Assembly: GCA_964019335.1 (NCBI GenBank) | Contig: OZ025703.1 | Coordinates: 248,001-312,000 of the forward strand | Length of the DNA: 64,000 nt | Reading direction: 5' to 3' | Origin: Diplonema japonicum | Taxonomy: Eukaryota; Protista; Euglenozoa: Diplonemea | Part shown: one piece after another, positions 10,572 through 22,266 of the stretch | Numbering within the stretch: position 1 is the first letter of the stretch | How the letters are laid out: each line of letters opens with the position of its first letter | The notes under the pieces: generated by a model | The model's input: only the letters and a program-made list of their open reading frames with translations | Told to the model about the DNA's origin: nothing | The model's database searches: none | Made by a program: the position numbers and the translations under genes

Positions 10572-13199
10572 ATGATATGGTTATGGTTGTGTTTGGTACT
10601 GCTGTGGGCAGCAGAATGCAACGGAGCAGGTAGCGTATGGTGGAACTGGTGGGACGAAGAAAAATGTGTGCCGGGAAATGTCGACGGTGATCACCTTGAG
10701 TGGACGAGCGATGGGGAGTGCTTGCACGCGAGCAGACTAAGAGATGGCGACCCGCTGAAGGGCTGGGGCGGCAACGACGTAAAACTCACCTGCATAGACA
10801 CAACAGGGAGCGAAAACAACTACAACGCGAAGGACGACAATATCCTGGTGAGCTTCTTCGCCTCGCAAAACGCAACTTGCGAGGGAACACCACTCACGAC
10901 CTTCCTCCTCAACTACTCGCAGTGCGGCTACGACAACCCGTTGCTGGCAAACACCTCTTCCTTCCAGCAAGCAAAGTTCCGCTGCTCACGATGCAACTGG
11001 ATGTTCTACCGCGAAGCGGCTCCGCCGTACTTCCTTCAAGGCCTCGGCATCATCATCTTCCTCGTAGTGTGCATTCTTATCAATTACTTCCTTCAGGACC
11101 GCTTCGACAGATTCGTCAAAACGATGTCTGCGAAATACGGTAAAAAGCGGAACATTGACACCTTCATCGGCAGTCTCGTCCGTGTGAAGGTGAACCAGGA
11201 AGCTGTTACTCCACTCTTACCAAACACACCGCCTTCCAAATCAATCCCGCTGAAAAAATTCCGGAATATTACAAGGAACACGTCGGCAACGACGCTGTCA
11301 CCCTTGACACCCTTAACCTTCACAAGAGGAGGTGGAGGCAGGGGACGTGGCAGCATACATTCATTATCCGACACCTCGAACCCCGTAACACCCGTCACCC
11401 CAATATCGATAAGACGGGAAAGGGGGCAAACCTTTGCTGGACGCACCACTAGTATCCAACCCCCGCAGGGATATCTTCGCGACGAACCGTACCTAGAGCA
11501 ACCAAGGGGCTTCCCCAACAGGAGACGGGGCCTCACAACTGTTGTGAAGGATTATACAGAACACTCTGTGGAGGCACAGTCTTTGGAATCAATCGCGGTA
11601 CACCCAAATCGAAGCGTGGAGCAAATGGAGGTCCTTCTACCAAACGGTCGGCAAATGTGCGTCGTGTGCGGGAGGGAAACAGAAACGGGAAGTTTTAGAA
11701 AACACGGGTGGAAGTGCGCATCATGTAAAGGAAAACCCCATGTTCCATTGTACACGGAAACCGGTCGGCATCAAAATCAAATCTACAAAAATGTTGTAGC
11801 CGAAGGAGGCTTTGGAGAATACGCGGAAATATCAGCAAGAGACGGGGAGAAGGTTCTGTGTTCATTTATACAACCATTATGTTGGATTCGTGCAAGCATG
11901 CTGCCCAAGAAACATCCAGGGGACACGTCGAGGCTGGACACAATGGAGGAGAAGCGGGAGAAGCAAGCTCACATCGAACATTCTTTGACAACCGTTTCTG
12001 ACCCTGCTGAACATTACGACGATTCCCACTCAACATACCCAGAGGCGCTGCGCGGGTCGAAAACAGAAGAATTATGGGCACAACTGTTGCAAACAACACC
12101 GCACTCGATTCTGGAGGAGATTACCAAGAATGAAACTTCTGAAAGAGAGAGATCCTGTTTGGTGATGTTACGCGGTCCTGTTGGGGTGTGGATGCCGATT
12201 AGATCCGTTGAAAAAATAGCAAGCTGCGGCAGCGGCTACGTCCGCGTTTCTTCGAAGGAAAAATTTAAACAATCATGCGGCGAAGAATGGAAAGATTGGT
12301 GGGCTGACTTCGAGCTCTGCGTGGGCATTATCCAACGAGTCTATCCAACCGACGACGGGGAGGGTTTTGTGGCCAATGTTAAATTCAAGGGAAGCGCGAT
12401 TTTGAACATTCCAGTGGAAGCTTTACACAAGGTGAGCAAAAAAGAACATTACTCCGACTTCTTAATGGCCCCGCAGAAGGTCACGCATCGGACAATGATG
12501 GCAGTTTTCGTTGCATCCGCCCCGCCGTTGCTCGCACTAAAGGCCGTTTTCCTGATGTTTTTCTTCGCCAGATCCGTTCACTCCGTGTTCCAAGACGGCC
12601 ATCAAGGTCGGGCCACAAAACATTCAGCTTGGCTAGCTTACGAGGAAGTGTATTTTAAACTCTTTAACTCTGGGTATCCTACGCTGATGGCGGATTGCGG
12701 TGCGGTTTCCGTGTATTTTTCGTTTATTTTCAAACCGAAGTTTTCCGAGCTTGTGTCCGGGGTGGGCATTCCAATTGTGTCCATGTTGGTCCTTTCGTTA
12801 GGCATCTCCCTCCCCGCCATTATCACACATGCGATACCTATGATGGTAATGTACTCTTGGATATGGGTGCCTCTTGTTCTTGTGATTTACAAGTTGCTCA
12901 GGTTTGCGCGGTCTCGTCTCGAGCCGACGCCGCCGGAAGTTGATTCTGAGAGGCTGTATGATATGCCGTACTTCATCCAGCACCACAAGCGGTATTTAAT
13001 TCTCTCCGGGTTGTACCACCTTGGGTTCAGGGTGTGTGGTGAGCTCCTTATGGTGCTTTTCCTTCAAACTAACTACAACTACGGTGTGCTTGCCTACGAC
13101 GGTGTACCTTACTTCCAAACCATCACAGAGGAGTTTAAAATGAGGCAGCTGGTTTGTGTGTGGGAAATGGGGGCTAGAGTCATTAACTACATATTGTGA
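10572..13199 (+). CDS. Multi-pass membrane protein: signal peptide, Cys-rich ectodomain, cytosolic CxxC..CxxC finger and SH3-like (Mib-repeat-like) segment
   Basis: 875-aa ORF with hydrophobic N-terminus, TM near aa 155-175, CVVC...CASC, and several C-terminal TMs. Confidence 0.8.
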   Translation: MIWLWLCLVLLWAAECNGAGSVWWNWWDEEKCVPGNVDGDHLEWTSDGECLHASRLRDGDPLKGWGGNDVKLTCIDTTGSENNYNAKDDNILVSFFASQNATCEGTPLTTFLLNYSQCGYDNPLLANTSSFQQAKFRCSRCNWMFYREAAPPYFLQGLGIIIFLVVCILINYFLQDRFDRFVKTMSAKYGKKRNIDTFIGSLVRVKVNQEAVTPLLPNTPPSKSIPLKKFRNITRNTSATTLSPLTPLTFTRGGGGRGRGSIHSLSDTSNPVTPVTPISIRRERGQTFAGRTTSIQPPQGYLRDEPYLEQPRGFPNRRRGLTTVVKDYTEHSVEAQSLESIAVHPNRSVEQMEVLLPNGRQMCVVCGRETETGSFRKHGWKCASCKGKPHVPLYTETGRHQNQIYKNVVAEGGFGEYAEISARDGEKVLCSFIQPLCWIRASMLPKKHPGDTSRLDTMEEKREKQAHIEHSLTTVSDPAEHYDDSHSTYPEALRGSKTEELWAQLLQTTPHSILEEITKNETSERERSCLVMLRGPVGVWMPIRSVEKIASCGSGYVRVSSKEKFKQSCGEEWKDWWADFELCVGIIQRVYPTDDGEGFVANVKFKGSAILNIPVEALHKVSKKEHYSDFLMAPQKVTHRTMMAVFVASAPPLLALKAVFLMFFFARSVHSVFQDGHQGRATKHSAWLAYEEVYFKLFNSGYPTLMADCGAVSVYFSFIFKPKFSELVSGVGIPIVSMLVLSLGISLPAIITHAIPMMVMYSWIWVPLVLVIYKLLRFARSRLEPTPPEVDSERLYDMPYFIQHHKRYLILSGLYHLGFRVCGELLMVLFLQTNYNYGVLAYDGVPYFQTITEEFKMRQLVCVWEMGARVINYIL

Positions 13200-13235
13200 A
13201 TGGGGGGGGGGGGGGGGGGGGGGGTCATTATTCGG

Positions 13236-13277
<42 letters not shown>

Positions 13278-13361
13278 GAGCTTGAAAAAACAGTTCTTCG
13301 TCGATGTCGGTGTTCCGCTTGGACTGGGCGAAATTAAAAAAAAAAAACGCCGGTTTGCCGA

Positions 13362-13400
13362 AGGCGATCCTGTCACATACTGCAGGTTCCCTTCAAAGAC
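13362..13400 (+). repeat. 40-bp hairpin motif, subfamily 2
   Basis: aggcgatcctgtcacatactgcaggttcccttcaaagac. Confidence 0.85.
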
Positions 13401-13883
13401 ACCCTTTTTTTTTTCCTGAGACTCACTCATGCTGCAGTGTAGAAGAGGAAAAACGACCTTTCTTTTCTTTTTTTTTTTTAATTTATGATGAGCGAAAAAC
13501 GTGTTAATTGTAGTTATCAAACAAACAAAAAAAAGAAGAAAAAAAAAGAGTTTGGCTTGCACTATTGTGCAAAACCCAACAATTCTTCTTTTCTCTTCTT
13601 TTTTTTGCGTCCTTTGGAACGCCTCCATTGATTCGAAATACCTCAAACGCCGCCTGCGCTGTGGCAAAGATAGCAGAAGGCAGAGCAGCGGCCCAAGAAA
13701 ACCTCACTAAATGCGAATATTGTGTCCCAATCATGGTTTTTTTTTTCTTCTTCTTCCTCTTCACACCCGGAAGGTGGGAGATCTTCTTTTATGCTTTCAT
13801 TGTCCAGTCTTTTCAAGAAAGTACGAACCAATGTAATATAAGGGAGCGAGAAAAGAAAAAAGATAAAAAAGTTTTTTAATTCC

Positions 13884-13926
<43 letters not shown>

Positions 13927-14121
13927 GTTCTGAACGTACCCCCTCTCTTTTCCAGTATCACAACCAAACCCTGCACATTCTCCCCTTCCATTGCCTGCTT
14001 GTTTCTTCATTGTATTCTTTTGTTCTTCTTCTTCTGTTTTCTTTTTTAAATCTGAACGGGGGCAAAAAAAAAAAAAAAAAAGAGAAACAAAAAAAAAATA
14101 ATAATAAAAAAAGAAAATGAA

Positions 14122-15114
14122 ATGACGTATTCCGGACCACCACCGCCGCCACCATCAGGCACCGTGTCAGGGATATGGTTGAAGGCCTTCAGCCCTGCAA
14201 GGCCCGGGAAAAAGGATTTTTCATACACCCCTCACAAAGACAACGAAACGTTGCTGGACAGGCTGAGGGAGATAGGATGGAGAAAAGGGGAGAGGAGGAT
14301 CACCCCAGAACCCCCTCTTCACGCGGAAGGGGTACCGGTACCTGTTACATACAGGGCTGTCGCACCACCTAGCACCTCTTCAATGTCCTCTTCAGGCGCT
14401 GCTGAGTCAGTCTGTTCAGTCATCGATATGTACAGCAAGATACAAGACAGCCTCACCGCTGTTAAAAACGAGAGTTTTTGCAACAATTGTGAAATTCGAA
14501 GCCCTGTGTACGAATGTGGGCCGTGTGGCGGGTATCAGTTGTGCCCATCCTGCTTTGACGATATCCACAAGCAGAAAATCCTGTCTTCCCACAAAAGAAT
14601 CTTGATCAAACCTGTACACCCCGCTGCAAAACCGGAAAAAGAAGAAGAAGAACAAGAAGAAGAACAAGAGGAAGGTTACGAAGAAGAAGAAACCATCCCA
14701 GACAGTGTTTGTGATCAGCTGACATTGACACTGACACCACGAAGCCGTTCATCCTCCCTTCCTTTTCTCCCCCCTGTGCCATCAGTGTCGCAGCCATCTC
14801 TCTCTGAGGAGCTGTCGTTAGAGAGTGCGTTGCAAGCGATGGCACTGTCTGTTAAGAAGCTTGAGACGAAAGGGAAGGACACGCGGGAAGAATGCCCCGT
14901 AGAGGAGGTGAGGACCCCACCCCTGCACCCGTCGATCTTGGAGCTCTTCGACGAAAAAGAAACCCCTCCCGACGATGCTGCCACCCCCCGCACAACGGGC
15001 TGGTCGGAAATGAAGAAACTCCGCCTTCAGATAGAACGCTCCATCACGACCCCTCCTGCTGTGAAACAGGACCGGTTCGTCTCCCCGTTGAACCCAGACA
15101 CGGTGTTGGGCTAG
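14122..15114 (+). CDS. B-box zinc finger protein
   Basis: CNNC...CGPC...LCPSCFDDIH......SHKR B-box pattern. Confidence 0.8.
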   Translation: MTYSGPPPPPPSGTVSGIWLKAFSPARPGKKDFSYTPHKDNETLLDRLREIGWRKGERRITPEPPLHAEGVPVPVTYRAVAPPSTSSMSSSGAAESVCSVIDMYSKIQDSLTAVKNESFCNNCEIRSPVYECGPCGGYQLCPSCFDDIHKQKILSSHKRILIKPVHPAAKPEKEEEEQEEEQEEGYEEEETIPDSVCDQLTLTLTPRSRSSSLPFLPPVPSVSQPSLSEELSLESALQAMALSVKKLETKGKDTREECPVEEVRTPPLHPSILELFDEKETPPDDAATPRTTGWSEMKKLRLQIERSITTPPAVKQDRFVSPLNPDTVLG

Positions 15115-15236
15115 AAAAAAAAAGATTTTTTTTTTGTAATAATGTACTTTTTTTTTTTGTTTCTTCATTTCTTTTGTCATATAAAAAAAAAAAAAAAACT
15201 CTGGAAATAAAAAAAAGGGGGGGGTGTTCTCCTGTA

Positions 15237-16205
15237 ATGCTAGATGGCGAGGATGCACCATGGGGCAACACGTTGGAGTTCCTCGGTGCCGTCGGGAAGG
15301 GAACGTACGGGGAGGTGTTTAAAGTACGAAACATAGAAACCAACGAGCTGCTCGCACTGAAAAAGGTGAAACTACACGGGTCTGCAGAAGGAATCCCGGG
15401 CACGGTGGTCAGGGAGATCGGGCTGCTGAAGAAACTGAAGCACAAAAACGTAGTGCCCCTGTACAAGGTCTACTACAGCGCGTCGGGGAGGATCCAAGAC
15501 GTAATGCAAGTTTTTCTAGTGTTGGAGTACGTTGACATGGATCTGGAGGCTGTGATAAAATGCTTCAACACGAATAACCTTGGAATAGGTGTTTCACGGG
15601 CGTTAAACATAACGAAGCAGTTGTTGGAAGGACTTGTCTACTGCCATACGATGTTGGTTTTGCACAGGGACGTCAAGCCTGCTAACCTCCTCCTCACCAA
15701 TTCGGGAATCGTAAAGATCTGCGATTTCGGTATAAGCAGGCCCTTCATGGCCCCTAAACGAAAATACTCTCGCGAAGTAGTGACCCTTTGGTACAGGGCT
15801 CCTGAAATTCTACTTGGCGACGCGTTCTACACTACAAAAGTCGATATCTGGGGCGCTGGGTGTATTTTAGCAGAACTGTTGCAACAAGCACCGCTTCTGA
15901 AGGGGGACAGTGAGTTTGGTCAACTAATCAATATTTTTCGGATGTTTGGGACGCCTACCCCTGCTGACTGGCCGGGGATAGACAAGCTTCCTTACTTCTC
16001 CCCGGATTTCCCTTTGTGGGAGCAATCTGAAAGGTTGTCCGAGCTCTCGGGGGTGAGCAGCGATGTCCTCGATCTCGTGACTACGATGTTGACACTGTTT
16101 CCTGACCAGAGGACCACTGCGAGGAACGCGCTGAAGCACCCAGTTTTTCAAGACAAGGCGATTGATTCAAGCCTCTTGGTCCCACCTTTCACCGATGTTT
16201 ACTAA
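15237..16205 (+). CDS. Cyclin-dependent kinase (CDC2-related)
   Basis: GKGTYG, ALKK, EGIPGTVVRE (PSTAIRE variant), HRDVKPANLL, DFG, EVVTLWYRAPE, GDSE. Confidence 0.93.
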   Translation: MLDGEDAPWGNTLEFLGAVGKGTYGEVFKVRNIETNELLALKKVKLHGSAEGIPGTVVREIGLLKKLKHKNVVPLYKVYYSASGRIQDVMQVFLVLEYVDMDLEAVIKCFNTNNLGIGVSRALNITKQLLEGLVYCHTMLVLHRDVKPANLLLTNSGIVKICDFGISRPFMAPKRKYSREVVTLWYRAPEILLGDAFYTTKVDIWGAGCILAELLQQAPLLKGDSEFGQLINIFRMFGTPTPADWPGIDKLPYFSPDFPLWEQSERLSELSGVSSDVLDLVTTMLTLFPDQRTTARNALKHPVFQDKAIDSSLLVPPFTDVY

Positions 16206-16369
16206 GTATTTTTTTTCGGTTGGGAAATTTTTCAAAAGAAAATTGGGGCCTTTTTTTCTTTTTTTTCTTTCTTATGTATATGTACCCCCTATGACATATG
16301 TGTGGGTATTACGTTACAAAATTATTGAATTTTATTTGTAGGGCCACCACCAACACCGGCCTCCTTTAT

Positions 16370-16375
<6 letters not shown>

Positions 16376-16411
<36 letters not shown>
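16376..16411. repeat. (AT)n microsatellite
   Basis: Direct observation. Confidence 0.9.
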
Positions 16412-16429
<18 letters not shown>

Positions 16430-16432
16430 TTC

Positions 16433-16472
16433 AGGCGTCCTGCCACATACCGCAGGTACCCTTAAATGTCTC
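16433..16472 (+). repeat. 40-bp hairpin motif, subfamily 1
   Basis: Identical to the 21506 and 36183 copies; poly-T on both sides. Confidence 0.9.
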
Positions 16473-17194
16473 TTTTTTTTTTTTTTGTTAAATATATATT
16501 TTTTTTAACCCGATATAAAAAAGGGAACATGGATCCTAAGCATCTCCTGCGAACCCAACATTGACGCAGTAAGACGCGAGAAAATAATATGGCAAAAGTT
16601 TTTTTTATTTTTTTTTTTTATTCCCTGATTTTTCGCTCCAGTAAGGGGGGGGGGGGGGGGGGAAGCAAAAGGCAAACCTACAAGTTTTTTAAGAAATAGA
16701 AATGGAGGTAGGTATAACGGCGTTTTTTTTTTTTTTATTCCCCTACTCTTCTTAGAGGTGACTTTATATCGCAAAAAAAAAAAGAAACCAAAAAAAAAAA
16801 ATATGATAATCTGGGTGTGCTGTAAAATAAAAACGTGATATAAAAAAAAGGGAAAAAAGAAACTACCCAAAAAAAAGGAATTCCTCCCTGGTACTTACCG
16901 GGTCAAGAGCAAACAAAAAGAACTACACCTCCCCCCCCTCCCCGTGTTTTAAGCACGCACGCATGCCCATAATGGCTTAGTGTTCAGACTTGAGATCACT
17001 ATTTTGCCAAAAAGAAAAATGATCGGGCACACACGCAACTCACACACACAACTCTCACTGCCACCTTTCCTCCACACCGGAAGAGCTACCAAAAGTGTAA
17101 GAATTTAACACATGGGGCCCCGGATTTTAGTTTCCAATTCCCCCCCCCCTTTTTTTTCGTTCTTTCCTTCGTAAGTAAAAACGGTGCGGTATGC

Positions 17195-17225
<31 letters not shown>

Positions 17226-17653
17226 TCTTCCTCTCATGATCCCATCGTGGTACCAGTACTACAGGGGAAAAAGGGGGTTTTATCGAAGCCTTACCCTTAC
17301 GTGTACTTGCGTTGCGAGATTCTACCCCCCCCTTTTTTTTCCCTTTTCTATTTCATTTATTTAAAGCCTTATGTCATAGTTTGTCGTCTGTTTCGTCACA
17401 ATATGCAGTGCAGAACCACGACTGGAAAGGAATGCGTAGATTGAAATGGTGGGAAAGGTACTTTCCAAATACCATACGTACTTTCTTTTACTGCCACCCA
17501 CCCCTTATATCGGGGAAAAGAAGTGGTATATAAAAAAAAGGGGGGGGGGGGAAAAGCGAGGAAAAGCAGCAGCAGAACAGACAGACCCAATCTAATCTCC
17601 TGTCGTCGGTCGGCGGGAAAACAATTTCTTGTGCCAGATGATATGATTTTTCT

Positions 17654-17691
<38 letters not shown>

Positions 17692-18458
17692 GCTACAGCT
17701 CGGCCTCCTTTATCTCTATTTATATCTATAAATATATTTTTTTTTCAAGTGGTGGGGATAACATGGAAATATAAAGAAGTACATCAGATGTGTTGTTCGC
17801 TGTTGACCTCCCGGGTTGAGCTGCACACCGCACGCATTAAGGACACGACGCGGAACGCAGAAGAAGCTACAGCTAGGCCGAGGTGCGCCCCCTGTAATCA
17901 AGTAAGTGGTGCTTGTGCAGGGTGCCCCCACCGGCTTCCTTTAAATCATCGAGTTTTTTTTTGTTGCTGGTCTTTCCAGTCCTCCCACATTTAAAGCAGG
18001 AAGGAAAGCCCGGACCCTCCACAGGCAAGGGCTCCTCATGAAGCTTATTAGTCTCTGATCTGAAGCAGGCAAGAAGACGGGATATAATTATTTTAAAAAA
18101 AAACGTCTTCATGAACACCAGACAGGGAAAATTATTTTGTGGGTTTTTTTTTTTTTTTTTTTTTCCGACAATCTACAACAATATGATTTTTTTAGTCACT
18201 ATGAATGGACGGGGGAAAATACTCTCTCTCAAAAAAAAAAAAAAAAAAAAAAAAAGAGAGAGAGAGAGAGGAAAGACAACCGCCCGCAATCGCATCCGAA
18301 CAATAAAAAGAGAAATGGAGAAAAAAAGAAAAGGAAAACGATTTTCCCTTTTCTTCTTCCCTTCTCGTGACATATCGCAACAGGAAAATAGAACAACAAG
18401 AAAAAGAAGAAAATGGTTCACGGCATTCCCGTGGAGATGCGCCTACGCACACTACTTT

Positions 18459-18490
<32 letters not shown>

Positions 18491-18492
<2 letters not shown>

Positions 18493-18603
18493 TTACAAAT
18501 ATTTATCTTTCAAAAAATGATTTTATAACTATATGCAACTTGTGCCGAGCAAAAAACTTTCGCAGCTTTTTAAAAACCTTTTTTTGCTCGTGCGAACAAC
18601 AAA
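18491..18603 (+). repeat. ~115-bp dispersed repeat (second copy at 43107-43219)
   Basis: Near-identical tgttacaaatatttatc...gagcaaaaaa...tttttgctcgtg.gaacaacaaa. Confidence 0.85.
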
Positions 18604-18704
18604 GACATATAGTCATAAAGAATTATTTTTTTTTTCTTTTCCCCTTTTTTTTTGTGGGGTACAGAAGCTCAACTAAATTTTACTATTTTCACTCTTCTGA
18701 AATA

Positions 18705-20252
18705 AAGGGGGGGCCCAAATAATTCCCTCCCAAATAATGTGTTTTTTCCCAAATAATTCTTTTTTTTTTCAGGGATTTTTCCACTCCAAATTTCCCAAAT
18801 AATTCCCGACTCCCTTTCTTTTTTTTTGGGGGGGGGACCAGGGGAATGGGGGGTCACATGGTAGTCCTGCAACAGGTTTTTCTCAGTTACGCCTGTGCAG
18901 GGTACTAGCCTACCTAACCCATGTACTACACCCCTTTTTTGACCAAAGAGTCGATTTCCGCCTGGTTTTGGGCACTTACAAGCAATTCCTTTGCATTTTG
19001 AACAGGGACCACGGGGGTTAGCACCTGGGGGTTATTGTGGGAGACTATTTTTCTTAACGCAAGAAGCTAGATGGTTCGTGATGAACGGTTCAAAATTTCA
19101 TGGAACTACTTAGTTCAAAGGCGCTTTGTGGGTGGCCCAGGTGCTTCTGCATTGCCGGAGGGGCACATGGATTCATGTGTTGACAACTTTCATGGCCCGC
19201 AATGTCAATATTCCATTCCTGAGCAAGATCCCAAAGCTGTGCTGTAGCCCACTGGCGGTATTGTGAGGCTGCTTACACAAGTAAGAGTGCTGGCCTGGCG
19301 AGCTACAAGGGCAAAAACCTTATTTTCTTCTAGAAGATGAGAAATATATTATAGTGCAACGTGATCAGACTGGAACGGCCGCCCCGGGGCATCCTCTGCT
19401 CAACCCGGCGGATGTGGGAGGCCCTTCTTCGGAAGGTGCCAGTCGCTTAATCAGTGCCGTCGAATGCACGCTATTTTATTAGTACAAATATAACAATCGA
19501 TTGAAAAGGAAAAGTACGTATTGTGAAGCTGCTTCTGTGTGGCACCGGCGATTCAGACCTCCTGCCATTTTGAGGGGTTAGGGGGGGCTGCGACATGCCC
19601 CAAGCAGCCAAGGCGGGACGTTGGTTGATGAATGCAGCAGAGCGCCGAATCAACATGGCACTGTGGGTAGGGCAGGCACATGAGAAAGGTCATGCAACTG
19701 CTTGGCACCTTTAGCTGTATGCGATCTCGCGGCTACCTTCCAGGTAGTTCCAAGGAGACCATACAGCTAAGGGCACTTAGCGAAGTAAGCACTTTGAAGG
19801 AGTCAGGCTTTAGACAGTGCAACACAGAACATTGTTGCGGGTGTTACAATGGACACTACACCTGACGAGACTCCAGCAGCCTCCCAAGCCCTTGCAGCTT
19901 CTCAAGCCCTGACAGTTTGCCTCTCAGACCCCCACAACCTCCCAGCAATCACCTAACGCCAAAACCAGGCGGTTTGTCTGCAACGTTTGTGGGTTCTCCA
20001 CGGCCTGGGAGAAAAACTGTTAAAAAATTTCCCTTGGAAAAAAAAAGGGCATGAAAAAAATCTTGGCACGATTTGGCATGTTAAGATTTCCGAAGTGCTC
20101 TAAGCCCCACTCCCTGCTTTCCATGTGGCAGGCTCCCCAGCCCAAATAAGTACAACCCAAATAAGTGTATTCCAAATAATTCTTTTTTTTTTTTGGAGCC
20201 CAAACACCCCCCCTCCACTGCCCAAATAAAGGGATTATTCGGGGGGCCCCTT
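18705..20252. mobile_element. TA-flanked TIR DNA transposon (non-autonomous or decayed) with CCCAAATAA subterminal repeats; contains a fold-back element
   Basis: TA|aagggggggcccaaataattccct ... agggattattcggggggcccctt|TA; removing it restores aaaTAgctatt, the terminus of the hairpin family. Confidence 0.7.
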
Positions 20253-21209
20253 TAGCTATTTTTTTTTTTTTTTTTTTTTTTTTTGGCGGTTAGTAAGCAG
20301 AATTATTATATCCCCCTTTGTCAGCAGACGGTACCTCATAAAAGCCCCTTCTTTTTACCAACTCGGGCTTAAAGAAATGTTTTAAGTGAGTATTTTGTTG
20401 GCTGAGGAAAACTTCAAACATCAAAGTGTTTCTGTTAACTAAGAGGGGGGAGAAAAAAAAAAGGAATCTGTACCGTCCAATTTTCTTACTTTTGTAAAAG
20501 ACGAAAAAATTTCGTCAAAGAAAGAAAGACAAAACCCCGCAGAGTATCGACCGCGAAAAAAAAAAAAAAGAGGGAAAAAAAAAAAAAAAAAAAAAAACAC
20601 CCAAGAAAAAAAAAAAAAAAAAAAGAAAAAGATGCCCTTTCGTCATTTCTTCACTCACTAGGGCTTTGACTAAACAATTTACATGTAACGCTGGAAGAAA
20701 CATAAAAAAGAAGAAACATAAAAAAGGGAGGGGGGGGGGGGGGGGGGGCAGCTTCCTTTTGACTAATTGATTTTATACAGTTATCGCGTTATGAAGTTTT
20801 TAAAAAAAGAAAAGTAGGCTTCGCCGCGGAGGAAGAAGCGCGCCCCCCCCCCCCCCCCCCCCCCCCTGTGTAGTGATCTTTTTTTTATGGGGTAAGACAA
20901 CTCCCCCTATTCACCTGCCCGTGGTGACCCTGCCCACGGCCGGACGGGAGCCGTGGCGAAAAGGTGGTTCCTAATCACCACAAGGGGAAGGGTACGGAGA
21001 TGTGCTCTGCCTGCGAAACACGAGTAATGACAGTTTCTAGCTAAGTTTGTTTTCCTTTACGGGGATTGAGAGGAAACACAAATAGAATCAACTTTACCTC
21101 CTTCCCCTCCTATTTTTCTTCCCTGTCATCCCAAGGAGCAGCGCTCCAGGACCAATGCATACCCATGGTGGAAAGAACGCTGTCTTCTTTTTTTTTTTTT
21201 TTTTTTTTT

Positions 21210-21545
21210 AGAACGCATCCACACCAGTAAGGGCATAGCGCCCCTCATCCCAGCTGCGTCAGTAGTTTCTGTCCACTCCCTGCGCACGTTGGGTTACTAC
21301 AACAGCTCCGTAAGGGGCTACTCCTCTAGACCGGTATTCGCCTCCCCGGTGACCCGCCACATCCTTGAGAAACAACTGTACAACTATTGTGTCCTTACCA
21401 ACTCGGTTGAGGGTTTTATACCTAAGGTACCGAGGAGGGTGAACGAGGGGCCGAAGGCCACACCACAGCAGAAAGGTTCGATCAAGAGATAGATTGAGAC
21501 TCTTCAGGCGTCCTGCCACATACCGCAGGTACCCTTAAATGTCTC
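21210..21545 (+). mobile_element. Putative longer element ending in the 40-bp motif, extended to a 50-bp imperfect hairpin (GAGAC...GTCTC)
   Basis: GC-rich island between poly-T tracts; a short ORF ends at 21492 just before the hairpin at 21496-21545. Confidence 0.5.
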
Positions 21546-21561
21546 TTTTTTTTTTTTTTTT

Positions 21562-22266
21562 TATTTAATTCGAGCCGGGTTTTCAAGGGTGGGAGTGAAA
21601 ATAATATTTCACTTTATATCACGCTCGAGAAATAAGGCCCAGGAGTGACATAATGTACAGGAGTGATATAATGTTACATTATGTCACCCCTGCACCTATT
21701 TTAAGCCAAACTCCCTAGAAACACAGAAAACCATGGGAAGAAAGCCTAAGGCGATGGGGAGGATTACACGTCTCGGGGGTGCTAGTCAGTCTGCTCAACC
21801 CATCCCAGAATCAAGATTCTGCAGTGGGCCCCTGCATCCGTCATACATGCAACCTCAGATGGTTCCAGCGGTAGCGATGCACAGGATAAGCCTCGACATC
21901 AACATTAATGTTATGACTAACGAGAATTGGTGACTTGAAATCCCCTTGTAGCTTGTAATACCCAACCTTTTTTGCTGCCTCTCAGTTTTGATTTCTTCTT
22001 GTAACCTGTGCCCTGCGCCTGTAACCTCCCACCCTTTCAAACCCGGCTCTTATTAAATAAAACAACATATTAAATGAAAATAAGTGCATTATTTCACTTG
22101 TGGTGGCGGGTTTAACTCGAAATTATTACTACACTCGCTACGCTCGTGAAGTAATTCGGATATTACTACACTCGCTTCGCTCGTGAACTAAGATCCTCTC
22201 TCGTTAAACCCCCTGCCACCACGCGTGAAATAATGCAATCTTATTTTCATTTAATAAATAGTTATT
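21562..22266 (+). mobile_element. Terminal-palindrome non-coding element, type A copy 1 (Crypton-like, unclassified)
   Basis: 5' IR gagccgggttttcaagggtggga with partner near 22027-22049; ~190-bp branched 3' palindrome; ends aataaatagttatt. Confidence 0.8.

Noticed and set aside
16433-16472. 40-bp motif as a retroposed spliced-leader exon
   Set aside because: Length is similar, but neither strand resembles the euglenozoan SL pattern (AAC...CAGTTTCTGTACTTTATTG).
19050-19900. Transposase remnant inside the 18705-20252 element
   Set aside because: Only weak motif hints interrupted by stops; the family cannot be assigned by eye.
21470-21545. Hammerhead ribozyme on the minus strand (CUGAAGA...GAAC)
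   Set aside because: Four extra nt between stem I and the core, GAAA box incomplete, weak stem II, and the short copies lack the core.
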